From NCBI GenBank assembly GCA_964188305.1, contig OZ076890.1: 64,000 bases of DNA; one strand, written 5' to 3'. The notes beneath the pieces are model-generated. The model did no database searches. It was given only the letters and a program-made list of their open reading frames with translations, and was not told the DNA's origin. The position numbers were made by a program, and so were the translations under genes. Positions within the stretch are counted from its first letter, which is position 1, and each line of letters begins with the position of its first letter. Shown piece by piece: positions 36,629-49,725 of the stretch. This DNA comes from Podarcis bocagei. Its lineage: Eukaryota.

Positions 36629-38867
36629 TATGTGTCCTTTTCGCTCTTTAAAATTCTTTTTAAAAATTCTTTTTAGAAAACCAACAGACTTACTTCTTAT
36701 CTGGAACTCTATAGTTTGAATAAAATTATAAAGAAACTTGCTATCCTTTTCGGAGGGAAGCATTTTCACATTTCAGTTCCAAGACGTTCTCAGTAGGGAG
36801 TTGGGAGTTTTTCATTGTCTGCGCTGGCTCATACTCCAGGCAACACAGACTGGGAATGTGATAGGCTGAACTATACAGTAGAGAGAGATAAGAAAAAGGC
36901 GATTTAAGACGTGGCACGCATTTGTTTAGGCCACATATATATATGGTGAAACGAAAAGCACCTCCCTATATCTGTCTGTCTATCCATCTATCTATTTATC
37001 AATCTATCGTATCTGGTTCAGTTGCAACGCAAACACAATAACCTGGTTGACGCCTGCAGGGATGCCAAGCTTCGGTATCTGGTCCAAAAATTAGCTTTGT
37101 ACATATGCTAAATTAAAGATTGGCAGCAGAAACGGCACAGATCCCATATTGGCAGCCGTTTGCAAATCCCATATTGGCAGACTTCTCAACATAAAAGAAA
37201 GAAGGCAAGCCATACAAAGGGCAGAGAGCCCAAAAGAGACCCCCTCCCTCTCTCAACATCAGCGAGTGGAACATTCTGAACTCCACTTAAGAAAAATCCA
37301 AACGCTGCTAAAAACAGAAAGGTCCTTACCTGCCGCCAGCATAAGGCAGGTATAGAGCTGACCTGTCTATTCATCCTCCTCTGGAGGGGGTGGAGAAAGG
37401 CTTTCCACTTGTTCTTAGTAAGCTAAATTTAGCTCGAGCGGAAGCTACAGTAGCTTAAGATTATTTCCCAGAGTGAAAACTCTTGTAAATCAAAAGTCAT
37501 CTCTCGGAAATCACTGGAAGGCTAGTTCTGCTCAACCTTCACATGTAAAAAGAGAAGCACATTCTAGTGGACTGTGTGAATCGGGCACCTCAGCCTGCCC
37601 TGCCTTCTTACTTACAGCCAGTTGACAGCACTGGATGTCAGCTTCCTCTTCCTTGGACTTGGTGTTGCCATTGTAGAGTTAACTGAATCTGCCTGTCGTT
37701 GGCTCTGGTGCCACCTACTGTTAGCCTCCATGCCTTCAGCCTTACCAGTGTCCCAATGGACACCAGCCATCACTGTCACATTCCTGGTTTCTGAAGAAAG
37801 AGTAGGAATAAAGAGTGTTGTGCTAAGGTGACCACCATACAAGTGCAAGCATTGCAGCTTGCCAGATGGAGGAAACTGGAAGTTCTCCTGACACACCCAC
37901 ACACCCAAGGCAATTTGGGGGGGGTGGGGCATTGAGGGGCACAGGAGGAGAGGGGGTAAATTTTTGTTGTGCAAATGGAAGCTCTTGCTTGCACTAATGC
38001 GTCTCAATGGGGGAATCCCACCCAAAGCGTTTCAGTGATTTCTTTTGGTTAAACTTGTTTATCTTGGTGTTCCACTCCCATACTGAAATATCCTACATCT
38101 TCAACATTAGGCATGGCAGAAATCTGAGATTGCTGTTGAGAAGAAATATGAAGCCTGTGGTTTGTGGTGATCTTGGCAAAAAAAAATTCATTTCCTCCAT
38201 CACCACTACTCAGCTGAAAGAAAAAGAGACCATAATTGAAAAATTGTAGGAGAGAAACAGACATTGCTGCTTCCGTCCCTGCTCCTAATAGATGGAAATG
38301 GAAATAACTCCGTTTCGAAGGTATCGTGCAGACACTGACCAACAGCTTGATGGAATGTTAGTCAAAAATATATTTTTTTAATACCCATTAATTTCACTGC
38401 AACTGTGGGAGAATTTAACCAGGATTTCCTCTTTTAAATTACACACGCATACAACACACACATTTAATTATCGAGTTGCACAATTGTATTAGAAAACAGG
38501 TGTAAGAGCTCACCCGTGTATCCTTCAAGCCAAACTCGTGACATCAGGAGACCCATGATTGGACCTCCCACCATTTGTGTACTTAAAGAGACCCCCCCTC
38601 CCTTTTCCATTATTAGGTATTCAAGGCAGCTTGCAAGCATGTTTGTAAAACAATGTTTTCAATCTCAGGCTTCCGCCTGTTGTCTTCTGCATGTAGATCA
38701 TCAGTCATGTAACAAAGGAACAGACTTTCTCACTCTACATTGATGTGAACTCACATTCTAGCTGTCTTGGCATTGGCAGTAGGGCAGAGAACATCCACAA
38801 TGCCTTGGAAGCATCCATCCTCCCCAGACCAAATCTGATTGCTGTTTTTGGATAAGAAGATCCATTC

Positions 38868-39490
38868 CATACCCTCCAACGTTTCTCCAAATGTTGAAAA
38901 TACAGACTTCCTTTATTATTGTTGTTGTTGTTGTTGTTGTTATTCCCCGCCCATCTGACTGGGTTGCCCCAACCACTCTGTACAGTTTTCAACATATATA
39001 AAAACATCATTAAACATTAAAAAAATTCCCTATACAGGGCTGTCTTCAGATGTCTTCTAAAGGTTGTACAGTGGTACCTCGGGTTAAATACTTAATTCGT
39101 TCTGGAGGTCCATTCTTAACCTGAAACTGTTCTTAACCTGAAGCACCACTTTAGCTAATGGGGCCTCCTGCTGCTGCTGCCGCGCCGCCGGAGCACAATT
39201 TCTGTTCTCATCCTGAAGCAAAGTTCTTAACCCGAGGTAATATTTCTGGGTTAGCGGAGTCTGTAACCTGAAGCATATGTAACCTGAAGCGTATGTAACC
39301 CGAGGTACCACTGTATAGTTACTTGCCTTTTGGCACAGGGATCACATAACTCCATACCCTCCAACACTTCTTTGATGAAAATAGGGACATCCTAAGGAAA
39401 AGCAGGACAATCTGGGATCAGATCAGAAACCAGGACAGCTTCTGTAAATTCGGGACTGTACCTGTAAAACAGGGATACTTGGAGGGTCTG
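38868..39490 (+). mobile_element. Composite DNA element with 6-bp TSD (left end + L2-tail cargo + 138-bp unit), with a nested MITE
   Basis: Ends CATACCCTCCAA / TTGGAGGGTCTG; TSD CCATTC at 38862-38867 and 39491-39496; inner repeat of the left end at 39353. Confidence 0.85.
39069..39313 (-). mobile_element. Tc1/mariner MITE, family A (nested)
   Basis: TIR CAGTGGTACCTCGGGTTA, TA TSD. Confidence 0.9.
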
Positions 39491-40816
39491 CCATTCAAGG
39501 CTACTCCTGCCACAAATTATTCTTCCCTCAGATAGCCGACTGGATTGCTGACGGGGAGCATAAATTTGATCAGGACTGCAGTGCTGGGGAAGGGTAGTTT
39601 AACTTTTCCCCTCCATGCTGATGAAAATCCCTCCCTTACCCAAGCTGCTGTTGGCCCCATGAGCAAAACATACAGGTTACTATATCTCTGCTGTCAAGCA
39701 GTTGGAGATTTGCATCCTAGAATTACATTCCCAGCATTAGAAGAGGCAACAGAAAGAACAACAAATGGTTCTGTTCAAAGGCCCATTCTCTACCACGCAA
39801 AGATGATCTTTGGTCAGATGAGTGCGTGAGCTGTCTCACTGTTGTACGCTGCTTGAGAAAGCACTGGTCTGTGATAGGTTGGCTCTTTTCGTGTGGCCTT
39901 TTCTGGCTAATTATTAGGTATGTCAAATGGTATTTAAGACTCCGTTGGCAATGACTAATGTTTGCTCTGATTTGACCTCCTTGCGCTGGTGCTGCTGCTT
40001 CTGTTACGGTAGCTGAGATGTCTCATGTCTACTCCACAGCATCTGCAAACACTCAGCCCCCAAGAGTCATCCTACGCTCAACTGCAGGAGATCATCTTCA
40101 GAGAAAAGCTGTTGCAGTTCAGTACAATGGCTTCATTGTCTAAATTACGCAGCAGCAAAAGCAGTAGTAGTTTTTTTTCCATCTATCTGTCTAGCTATCT
40201 AGCTATCTATCTTCTGCTTTCTTTGTGACAAATAGAAATGCAGAGAAATGAGTGAAATCCGCCTGCAAACAGTCCAAATTAGAATAATATCACCCCCCAC
40301 ACAAGACCATAACAGTGGCAGATGGACAGAGGAAGAAAGTGTATATAGTCTTTATTTCCTGCCATTATAGCATAGACCCTTTCAGATTGCAGTAAGCATC
40401 TTGCCATCTGCAAATCCAAGTCTTTCAATTTCTCTTGAGGCAATGATTCAAAATTCATGTTTTATGCCTTTTCTCCCAAAATCCTAAATGTTGCATTTTA
40501 CTTTCTAATAAACAAATGACAAATGAATCCTTGCTCCTGTCCCATCTTCAGATTTTCTTTTGCAAATCGCCCTAGAGAATCTGGTCATTGGCAAGAGGGG
40601 AGACAGTCAAATCACTGCAACTTGTTAGCCTGTGCACTTTTTGTGATTGTATAAATACAGTCATTTGCTTTTCCATTCTTGTTTCATTTGCAACCTTTGT
40701 CCAGGGCACTGGAAACTTTGGGGGAAGTGGGGTGGACAGAACTGTTTTCCTAACACATTTGAGGAAAGGTGGAAAAAGATTTCTTGCCATTTCTGGGAGG
40801 AGCTTCTTTGGGAGGA

Positions 40817-40865
<49 letters not shown>
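40817..40865. repeat. (AAT)n microsatellite
   Basis: Seen directly. Confidence 0.95.
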
Positions 40866-41139
40866 GCTGTTACAGTAATCAAAAGTCTCCCCCCAAATAA
40901 TTATTACATTTATTTCCTTAATCATTTTGTTCTGTTTATATCCCATCCCATCCCAAGATGAAATGACTTGCATGCATATTTAGAACTTTTATAAATGAAT
41001 TAAATCTAGATAAATGGTCCTTTCATTTATAGGAGGGAGGATAGACCTTTTTCCTTCTTCTGACCATAGACTGGGGACAAACTGTCTTCCTTGTTCCATC
41101 TGCAGTCATAGGGTGTATAAGCATTTTGAAGATAGTATT

Positions 41140-41680
41140 TGTTATGTATTCAGTGGTCTGTGTTTGCCTGAGCTTGAGTCTGGACTAAGGATTCTGAGCT
41201 CCTGTGTTCTGATTTGATACATGATGTCCAATCACAGAACATTTCAGGATTTGGGCCTCTGCCATTGGCCCTTGAACTCTGAGTCATGATTCTCAGCTTG
41301 GAAGTTTAGACAGCCAATCATGTTGGGAGTGGGAGTGGCCCAGGCTTTCAGGAATGTATATAAGCAGATGATTTGCCCCCATTTCCCAGTTATGTAGTTC
41401 AATAAAGGTTCTTGCTATTATCACTGTGTCTTCCCTTGTGGGAGTCTACCTACACTTCACTGGCGACGAGGATGGGATGCTAGGCTAGGTATGCAGCCCT
41501 GGCTAGCTACCACAAGCTGGAATCACTGCTGGGGAACTACCGCCTCATCTGAGCTGAAATCACTGACTGCACCCACAAGGCAGATCACACAGCAGACGTC
41601 ATGGCCACCCAGGGCCACATCGAGGAATTTGACACCATGGTTCCAGGGAAGTGGGACTCCTACACCAGGTTCACAGTTGC
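41140..41680 (+). mobile_element. Truncated Gypsy LTR retrotransposon: 5' LTR, PBS and gag start
   Basis: LTR TGTTATGTA...TACA (41140 to about 41454) with CCAAT, TATATAA (41357) and AATAAA (41401); PBS at 41461-41478; ATG at 41601 giving MATQGHIEEFD..WDSY (Gypsy gag-like N-terminus). Confidence 0.85.
41461..41478 (+). other. Primer-binding site complementary to tRNA-Ser(GCU)
   Basis: TGGCGACGAGGATGGGAT is the reverse complement of the recalled vertebrate tRNA-Ser(GCU) 3' end ATCCCATCCTCGTCGCCA. Confidence 0.85.
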
Positions 41681-43302
41681 CTTTGGTTCCCCTTTCCCTG
41701 GTCATGCAAGCAGGGGGTGGATGATGATGTCCCACATCAGGATTTGTTTTTCCTCTGGCCAATGTCCTTGGCTTTTAAGCCATGACTCATTCTTCTTAAT
41801 GCCTGTAGGGTTGTGGGGGGAGATATCTTTCTGTTAATTTGCTGTTCAATGGATTTAAATGATGCGTGTCATTGGGGAAAAACCCAATCACTTTCAGTTA
41901 AGCAATCAAATCAGTACAGGTGCAAAGGAAAAAGGGCAGTTCTCTAGCCATGCCAGTGGAAATGAAACCTAAGCTAAGATATGAGAACACAGGAAACTTG
42001 CATCATCCATGTTATCTGTCCATCTAATTCAGCACTGTCTACTTTTTGTAAGTCGCCGTGGGACTTTTTTTGTGTACGGAGTCTGCTAAATTCAACTAAC
42101 TAATTAAATGATACACTTGGCTTGCAATGGCTCCCCAGGGTCTTGAGCAAAGTGTTTCCCTTTCCTTGTTTCCTAATTATTTTAACTGGATATACCAAGA
42201 GTTGATCCTGGGACCTTCTGCATCCAGTGCATGTGTTCTGCCATTCAGTGACTAGCCTGAAGTTGCCCAGTGTTCCATAGCTGACTAAAGTAGGGTTTTA
42301 AAGTAGGTCTCATCATCTGAACGGCAAGACTATCCCAGTGGTGGTCAAACTTCAGGCTTGTGAAATCTACTTGGCTATTTGCTGAGACATCTCCATCAGC
42401 CACAGCCAGGCACAGAACAGTGACACAGGGAGTTATGAGGTTCAAAGCACATGCTCATCCCAGAAATTTATAGTAATACCAAATGCACTGTCCTTTCAAA
42501 CAAACAAAAAATTTATTCATTCTTCAAGGTATCTTCATTGCAGCAGACTAATTTATGATTTTAAGAAATATTTCAATTTTTTGCTATTTTTTTTAATTAT
42601 TTTTATTCAATTTCCAATACAAGATTTAAACATACATTTTCAATATTATCACAAATACGTAATTTTGACTTCCTTCAGCTCATCCGCGAATCTTCCGTTT
42701 TCTAATCTATCCGCAATTCTAAATTTAACATTGCCTTTTATTTTAAATAAACCTATTTCCTTATTCCCTTTTTTACAGTGTTTCTAATATTATTTCTAAT
42801 ATTTTTTTGCTATTGTTCAACAGCGATGACTTGGAAACTCTTGCGTATCTACTGCAATTCATCCAGCGATGTATCAGCAGATCCTAATCTACCTTCTATT
42901 CAGTGCCACACCACACTGTCCCTCCTTCCTGGCTGAGCAGAAATTTGAGTCCAGTTGTCTCCTGTCTGAGTCTGACACTCTGCCAACTCTGCCACTGAGC
43001 TATTCAAATAAGACTGCTACTCTCATAGCCTGCTATCTCAGACATTCATGGCACCATTCATGGCAGCATACAGATGTGCAGGTGTCAAGGTTTTGGAGGC
43101 AATAAAGTGCACTCCTTAAGTACAGCAAATAGAAGTGTAGTTCCTTCTACCTGAAAACAAGAAAGGCAGTATGCATAAACAGGAAGATAGATGGGCCCGC
43201 TAGTTTAGTACTGGGTGAAATAAACAATGAGATTCTGGGCACTGCCAGAGCTCCATTGAGAAATATCATGTCCCCTTGGGGCAGTGGAACAATCATTGGG
43301 CT

Positions 43303-43645
43303 CATAGGCGCCGACTCCATGGGGCCTGAGGGGGCCCGAGCCCCCTCAAAAATTTGTTTGGGGGGGGCTCCGCCCCCCAATAATCTCGGGCGCCCCTCCA
43401 GCAGAGCGCCACCGCCGCCCCTCCCCCAGCCCAAAATGCACAGGGTCGGGCTGCATGCCTCCTGCCCTCCCTCCCGAGCAAAAGCTCCACCCAATTTCCT
43501 TCGGAGCTGATTAATAGGCGCAGCACGCTCTCCCCTATTCGCTCACGAGGAGGCGGCGCCACTTTATCTGCATATTCATGAGCTTATTTATTATTCATGA
43601 GCTTTCCCGGGCCCCCCCAATATTTTTTATAAGTCCGCGCCCCTG
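43303..43645. mobile_element. hAT-type MITE, GC/CpG-rich
   Basis: Ends CATAGGCGCCGACT / AGTCCGCGCCCCTG; perfect 8-bp TSD ATTGGGCT at 43295-43302 and 43646-43653. Confidence 0.88.
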
Positions 43646-46600
43646 ATTGGGCTCCACCTAAAATGATGAGCCCATTGCCATAATATATGTTATGGAACTG
43701 TGATCAGTATTCAAAAAGCAGAGCAGGATGGCTCAGAAAACAGATTGGTCAAGCAAGTTGAGGCCAAAGTTTGTCAGACTGAGGTGAATCCAAGTATGAC
43801 AAATCAGATTAAGGCAACTTGGTCTACATCTGACTTACTCTGCAATCCCAACTATGATTATCTGAGAGTGAGCCTTACTGAATTCATTAGGAGTTGCTTC
43901 TTAGTAGATATGATTCGGATGGTGCTGCTAGATGCCACTGAAAAGCAATCAGGACCATGGATAGTTTCAAGTGTGTTTTACTAGCTGAGCTGTAGAAAGG
44001 TGTTGTCTCAGCGAGAACTAGAGTCCACGGAAGCCTCAGAAAGGCTGCCAGGGCCAGACTTCCCAGTGCCAACCAACTGGAGAACTGTTACTAACTCTTA
44101 AAAGACCCAGGGCTGATTCTACAGTCAATGCTCCTGCATGGCTACGGAGTAGGAGAAGCTATAGGAGACTCACCCCCAGGATTTGAAGATGTAATGATCA
44201 TGTCTCAAGTCATACAGAAGGGGGGCAGCTAGCTTTCCTCCTACATAGGGTGACCTGTGATATGTCCCAGTCTGAATCCTCTGGATTCCGGATTTAGGGA
44301 GCATAACACACACAGTATGTATGCATAACAAAGCTAGAAACAGAAGAAGGGAACTGCCACAAGTTACAAGACTATAAATATATATAATCAAATGGTTTCA
44401 AATTACCACAAGGAAACTGGAAGTCTCAGGACATTCATTGCTGTTTTATGGCTTGTTTAAGCTATGCCTATGAATTGACTCTTGATAAAGATCTCAAGAA
44501 ATTGCCAGTCTACACACCAAGCCCCTATAAACCTTAGAATTGTCTTTCCATAATCTTTAGGTGTTGATCCTCATCCATAGATGCTGAACTGTATTTCATG
44601 AATAATCTTGTGATTATTTGAAGTTTTATATTTGCATTATTCAAAGCTTACTTATACATTATATCTCTTTCTTCCTTGTTATCCTTAGTTATTCACACCT
44701 TCTGTTTCTTGGTTTGTTTAGCACAACCTCATTGTGATTGTGCATGCATAATGAAATAGGCCGGCTGAATTCTCGCAGCCTGGATGGTTTAGTGGCTCTA
44801 GTGTTTGGTCTGCGTATGGGGAAATCCAAATTCCAATTTTTATCTGCTATAAAGCTCCCCATCTCTTAACCCCACCATCTTTATTTATGGGGTTACTGCA
44901 TGTATAAAGTTTGATTGACCAAATTGCTTATAAAACTTGTTGGTTACTTCTCTATAAAATGGCCAAAGCAATGTGCAAGAATTCATCATATCTGTTGGAA
45001 ACATCACGTAACAACTATTTAAACCTGTAAGCTACCCATTGAAAATCAAACTACATTCAGCCGTGCAGCAAGGCAATGTAAGATACCTTTCGGAAGGCAG
45101 GGGGAACTGCTTCAGCTAAAAAACAGTACAGTCCTGGAACTTGATGGACTCCTTGGGAAGTCAAGTTCTATGAGCTTGTATTTCTAACTACAGCAAAGGA
45201 GAACACAATGCTTGAACATACAGTTGCTAATCATATGAACAAATGAATTTTAGGATATGGCAATGGTGGTTGCTATATCATGCAGAACCCCAGTCCCTAG
45301 AACGAAATGAAGAACTACAGATGCTGAAAAAACATGCTTGCTGAATGATGTTGTTGTTGCTAGTTTATTTATACCCTGCCCATCTGGCTGTGTTGAACTG
45401 GTATGAGACATTCTTAAGCTACTAGTTTAAATTCCACTGGAGTGATAGCCCAAACCACGTGGTGTAAGGTTCAGAAAGTCTCGACCAGCCTTTGCTAACC
45501 TGGTGCCATCCAGACAGTTTAGACCACAGCTCCCATCAGCCTCAGGCAGCCTTCCAAAATAAAGCTGTCGCTAATATGGTGTACAGTTCCATACGGCTGG
45601 GCTTGTTTTAAGACTTTGACTTGAGATAGCTTAATGTGAAAGTATCTGTATTCTTTACATGTGAATTGGTGCGCTAACCAAGTGAAGCTCTGTATTGTAT
45701 TTACAGTAGGAATAATTCCTAAATTTATGGCTCATTTCACTTGAGAGAGGAGGGAGAGGAGAGAATTTAACTCCCAAGTGCTATGACAGTAAGACAGTTG
45801 GGGGCTGGGTGGAGAAAAGTGAATGGAAATCTGTCTGGAGAAGCGGTTTCTAGGCTCCTTGGGACCAAGATTGAGGAAAGAGAGTAGGAACCCATGAGAT
45901 TGGGAAGGCTTGCTTCTCTATCTCAAAACGTGTTGGGAGATGCATAATCAGCAGGGATAATTGCATTGGCGTCAAGTATTTTGCTATCCCGAAACAGCAG
46001 CGTAGAGGTCCTTCTACCAAGGTTCATGGAACAATAGGAATACTTGTTCAATGAGGGAAGCTGGATCTTAGAAACCAATAAGAAGAGACCATAAAAAGTG
46101 GCCTCAAGCTGGGATGATTTTCTGCACTCAGTATTGTAGGATATTTTAAAACCTGGTTCTCTAGTGACAAAGTGGGATATGGATTTCATTTTGGAGCATC
46201 CCTTTTTTCAAACTGTTTAATGTTCATGTGTCACTATCACGGTTGTGCCAGCTTGCACCTGGCAGCAGTATAAACAAAGCTTTGGCAAGAGTTCTTTCCT
46301 TTGGGATGGAGACATCTGATTTTCAAGCTGAAAACATGTCAGTGTTGCGAGACACTCCAAATAGCCTGCTTTTTTTACCAGTACAGTAAATTAACCCGCC
46401 TAGTGTAGTGTTAAATGCTTTGCAAACACCGACTGGAGGCAAGGGGGGAAATGGCAAAAACAAACAAAAACACTTCGATAAATTGTTTGCCTAGCTTCGC
46501 TGAAAGCAAAATAGCAGAAGCTAAATAAGGAAGGGAAGCTGCCTGGGAATACAAAAGACAGAATGGCAGGATGGAAACGAGACGTTTTTGGGTCTCTGCC

Positions 46601-47972
46601 TGCTTTCCTGGAATGTGAGAGTGCCCAGGAAAGGCAGTGGGGCAATGCTGAATGAAAGAAACCCCTACAGTAAAATGAAATGGGAGATCTTCTGACAAGG
46701 ACTTTCAGCCTTAGTGAACCGCTGAAAATTAAATTGATTGAACAAGCAGACTCAATGGCTGCTGCACCAGAAAATAATTAAAAGTGTGGATCTTGCAAGC
46801 ATTGTCAACCTGCGAGACCAGCAGCACAGAAAGCATCAAATAAACGGAGCTGAACTGAGCTTTTAGGTCACATGTGTAGCAGCTGAAAAATGCAGTCAGA
46901 ATAGATTGCAACTCTGCAGGGTAGGAGGTGTTTTTCTCTGTTCTGTCAATATTCTGTTCTACAGTGATATAAAAATGCTGTAAAGGAAGGAGACAAGGAT
47001 GATACACTAAAACCTAGCCTGTTCGTGCTTCACAGTGCCAGGATCCCTTTGCACAAATGCAGATATCGATGTTTAGAATACAGGGTCTGAAGGATCTCAG
47101 GTTCGGTTTTTTGTTTGCTTTTTTATTTTTTAAAAAAATCAGATTTCTGGCCTTTATCTCTGCAAATATATGTTTGAAAGGGGTGCAGAAAAATGCCTGA
47201 TAAAAGCTCAGAGTGAAGACTGGCATCATGTTAAAGAAACAGCCACAATGGTTTTTCAGCTGTGGTGTAATGAGTCCAGACTTGCAATTCGCAGGATGGG
47301 CAATAGATACCAGTGAGCTGAATGCTGATTTAGATGTTTGATTTGTCCCCTTCTCCTCATACTTCAGGCAGGCTTCTTACTGTTTGAAACTGCAATTTTA
47401 AAAAAGCAAAGTATATATTGATATATGCATACATCCTTCATTTTATTTTTTTAAAAATGAGGCATGGTTGGGAAAGTGCTGTAGTGACATCACAGATATT
47501 ATTAGCCTGCGACCAGTAGTGATGGATGAGACAATCTCCTATGGGCAGCCCAGAACCTCCATATACACTGTCCAGGCTTGCACTGCATCCCATAGAAGTC
47601 ACTATGCGGTATGACTTCATCCCTGAGGCCGCACTCCATTTTCTCTTGAGACAGACAGATGCCAACAATTACCCAGTCCCTCCACAAATGGGAGGCTCTT
47701 TGATCCAAGGGAAGCTCCATCAGTGGAGCAGGGGGGATTTTGTTTGCTTGCTTGCTTGCCAATTTAGCCACTCCCCTCCCCCATATCACCATTGGTGGGG
47801 TTGATGGGTGCTGATGCTGGCAGGGCTAATCTGTGCAAAGCTCATTCCTTTCCTGTTTAGCTTCCTTAAGAGAAAAAGCTTGGTGTTTTCATAAGAGTTC
47901 ACCCTCAGCTGGCAGAGTTGGTGTAACTGCACTGAGGGTGCTGTGTGCCTGCACATTTTCATATTGCTCTCT

Positions 47973-48283
47973 CATACTTCCAACATTTTCCCAGTGAAAA
48001 TAGGAATGTCTATTTCTATTTTTCAAGAAAAAGAGATGCCGAAACTCACCATGAACGCTTCCGTCGTTCTCTTAGAATGGCAATGCTGCCCACCTGAGTT
48101 CTGGCGAGTTCCGGCTGATAAAAAGCCCTGGGAAACGTCCTCTTCCATACCCTCCAACATTTCTCCAGTAAAATTAGGGATGTCCTAGGGGGAAATGGGA
48201 CATTCTGGGATCAAATCAGAAACTGGGATGGCTTCTGTAAATCTGGGACTGTCAGTGGAAAATAGGAACACTTGGAGGGTCTG
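47973..48283 (+). mobile_element. Composite DNA element with 6-bp TSD, different cargo
   Basis: TSD CTCTCT at 47967-47972 and 48284-48289; inner 138-bp unit at 48146-48283. Confidence 0.85.
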
Positions 48284-49479
48284 CTCTCTGAGAATTATAC
48301 TTTGGTTTCAATGCACTGAACCCACCCCACTGCTTGGAAGTTCAACTATAGCCAACAAAACAAACACCCTGGAAAAAGAAAGCATTTTCGATTTGGATAG
48401 GGAAAAGGACCGACCACATGAAATGTTTGCAAGAAACAATCAAGAGAATTCACCCAAATAGGGAAGTTCCTCACCAGACCAAAACACTGGTCTGGTCAAA
48501 ACAGTTCACAGCAATCGATGAGAGTTTTACTGAATGAACAGAGCTAGCAATAAATAACTTGTGTGTGCATGCATTTAGAAGATTTTGGACACTCAGTAAG
48601 CTTTTCTTTTTAATTAGTTTTTATTTTTAAAAAATCTTGTGTAACAAAAAAAATACATACAGCGTTCAATTCATAGAGCCGTTTTCACAGTTTGTTTACG
48701 TTTGGTATGAGACACTGTTGTCACAGGCACTTAGACAAGAGCTTCTGGGGGAAGTGATGACGCCTCTTCCTGATGTCTCTTCATAATCGATATGAGCCAT
48801 TTGAAATTTTTGCACATCTCCATAAGATAATTGCAAGTTTTGATGTCAGCACTGACTGGTATCCTTCAGAGACCATTCTGCCCTCTTTCAAACTGGACCT
48901 TACTGAAAACATGCATAACTGTTGTCTTCTTCCTGGGGGTCCCGGGGTCAGAAATGGTATGAAGCATTTATTTGTGGGGGAAGGTTACATTTTCCACCTG
49001 ATTTTAAAGGGTACCCAAGATTTGCAGACCTCTTTGAAAGTTAACAGCTCAAGCAACAAACTGGGAAAGGCAGGGAGAGAAAGAGAGCCAGGGTATATTT
49101 TTGCTGACTCTGTTTCTTCTTCTGCTACACATTACTGTCAAACTTCAGAGCGCACAGCAGTGCTCAAGAGCGGGAAGATCTTTGCTTGAGTGTCCCAGAA
49201 GCACACTTCCCTTTTGAAAGGAACGTTTCCTAGGAAGCGTATTTATCACGTATCGCTGCAATGCGAAAATGAATAAGGGTGAAGAGGTACAGGGTTGGGT
49301 TCTTCACTGACAGCGGATTAACTCATATGGTTCTGCTGAAGGTTTTTACCCACAGAACAGAAACTGAGTTCTCCAGGGCTGGGCTACAGCCACACCATGC
49401 CTTTAAAACCACATGGGCTATCTCCAAAGAATCATGGGGACTTTTCTTTTCTTTTTTAAGGGTGCTGTAGCTCTTTGAC

Positions 49480-49725
49480 TCCTGCCAACCTAGCAGTTCG
49501 AAAGCATGTCAAAGTGCAAATAGATAGATAGGTACCGCTCCAGTGGGAAGGTAAACGGCGTTTCCGTGCGCTGCTCTACTTCGCGAGAAGCGGCTTAGTC
49601 ATGATGGCCACATGACCCGGAAGCTGTACGCCGGCTCCCTCGGCCAATAAAGCGAGATGAGCGCCGCAACCCCAGAGTCATCTGCGACTGGACCTAACAG
49701 TCAGGGGTCCCTTTACCTTTACCTT
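49480..49725 (+). mobile_element. Sauria SINE, 5'-truncated
   Basis: Body and (ACCTTT)n tail; TSD TAGCTCTTTGAC at 49468-49479 and 49726-49737; sits within an older fold-back element (about 49380-49810). Confidence 0.92.

Noticed and set aside
42560-42900. Additional L1 3' fragment, plus several old SINE/CR1-like relics (about 7485-7645, 12150-12400, 20810-20920, 41980-42245)
   Set aside because: Probably real repeats, but too degraded to delimit or classify by eye.
43303-43645. CpG-island promoter (also 35187-35510 and 57194-57545)
   Set aside because: The GC-rich tracts at 43303 and 35187 coincide with TIR/TSD-bounded MITEs; the 57194 block sits inside a Penelope remnant and looks like a similar insertion.
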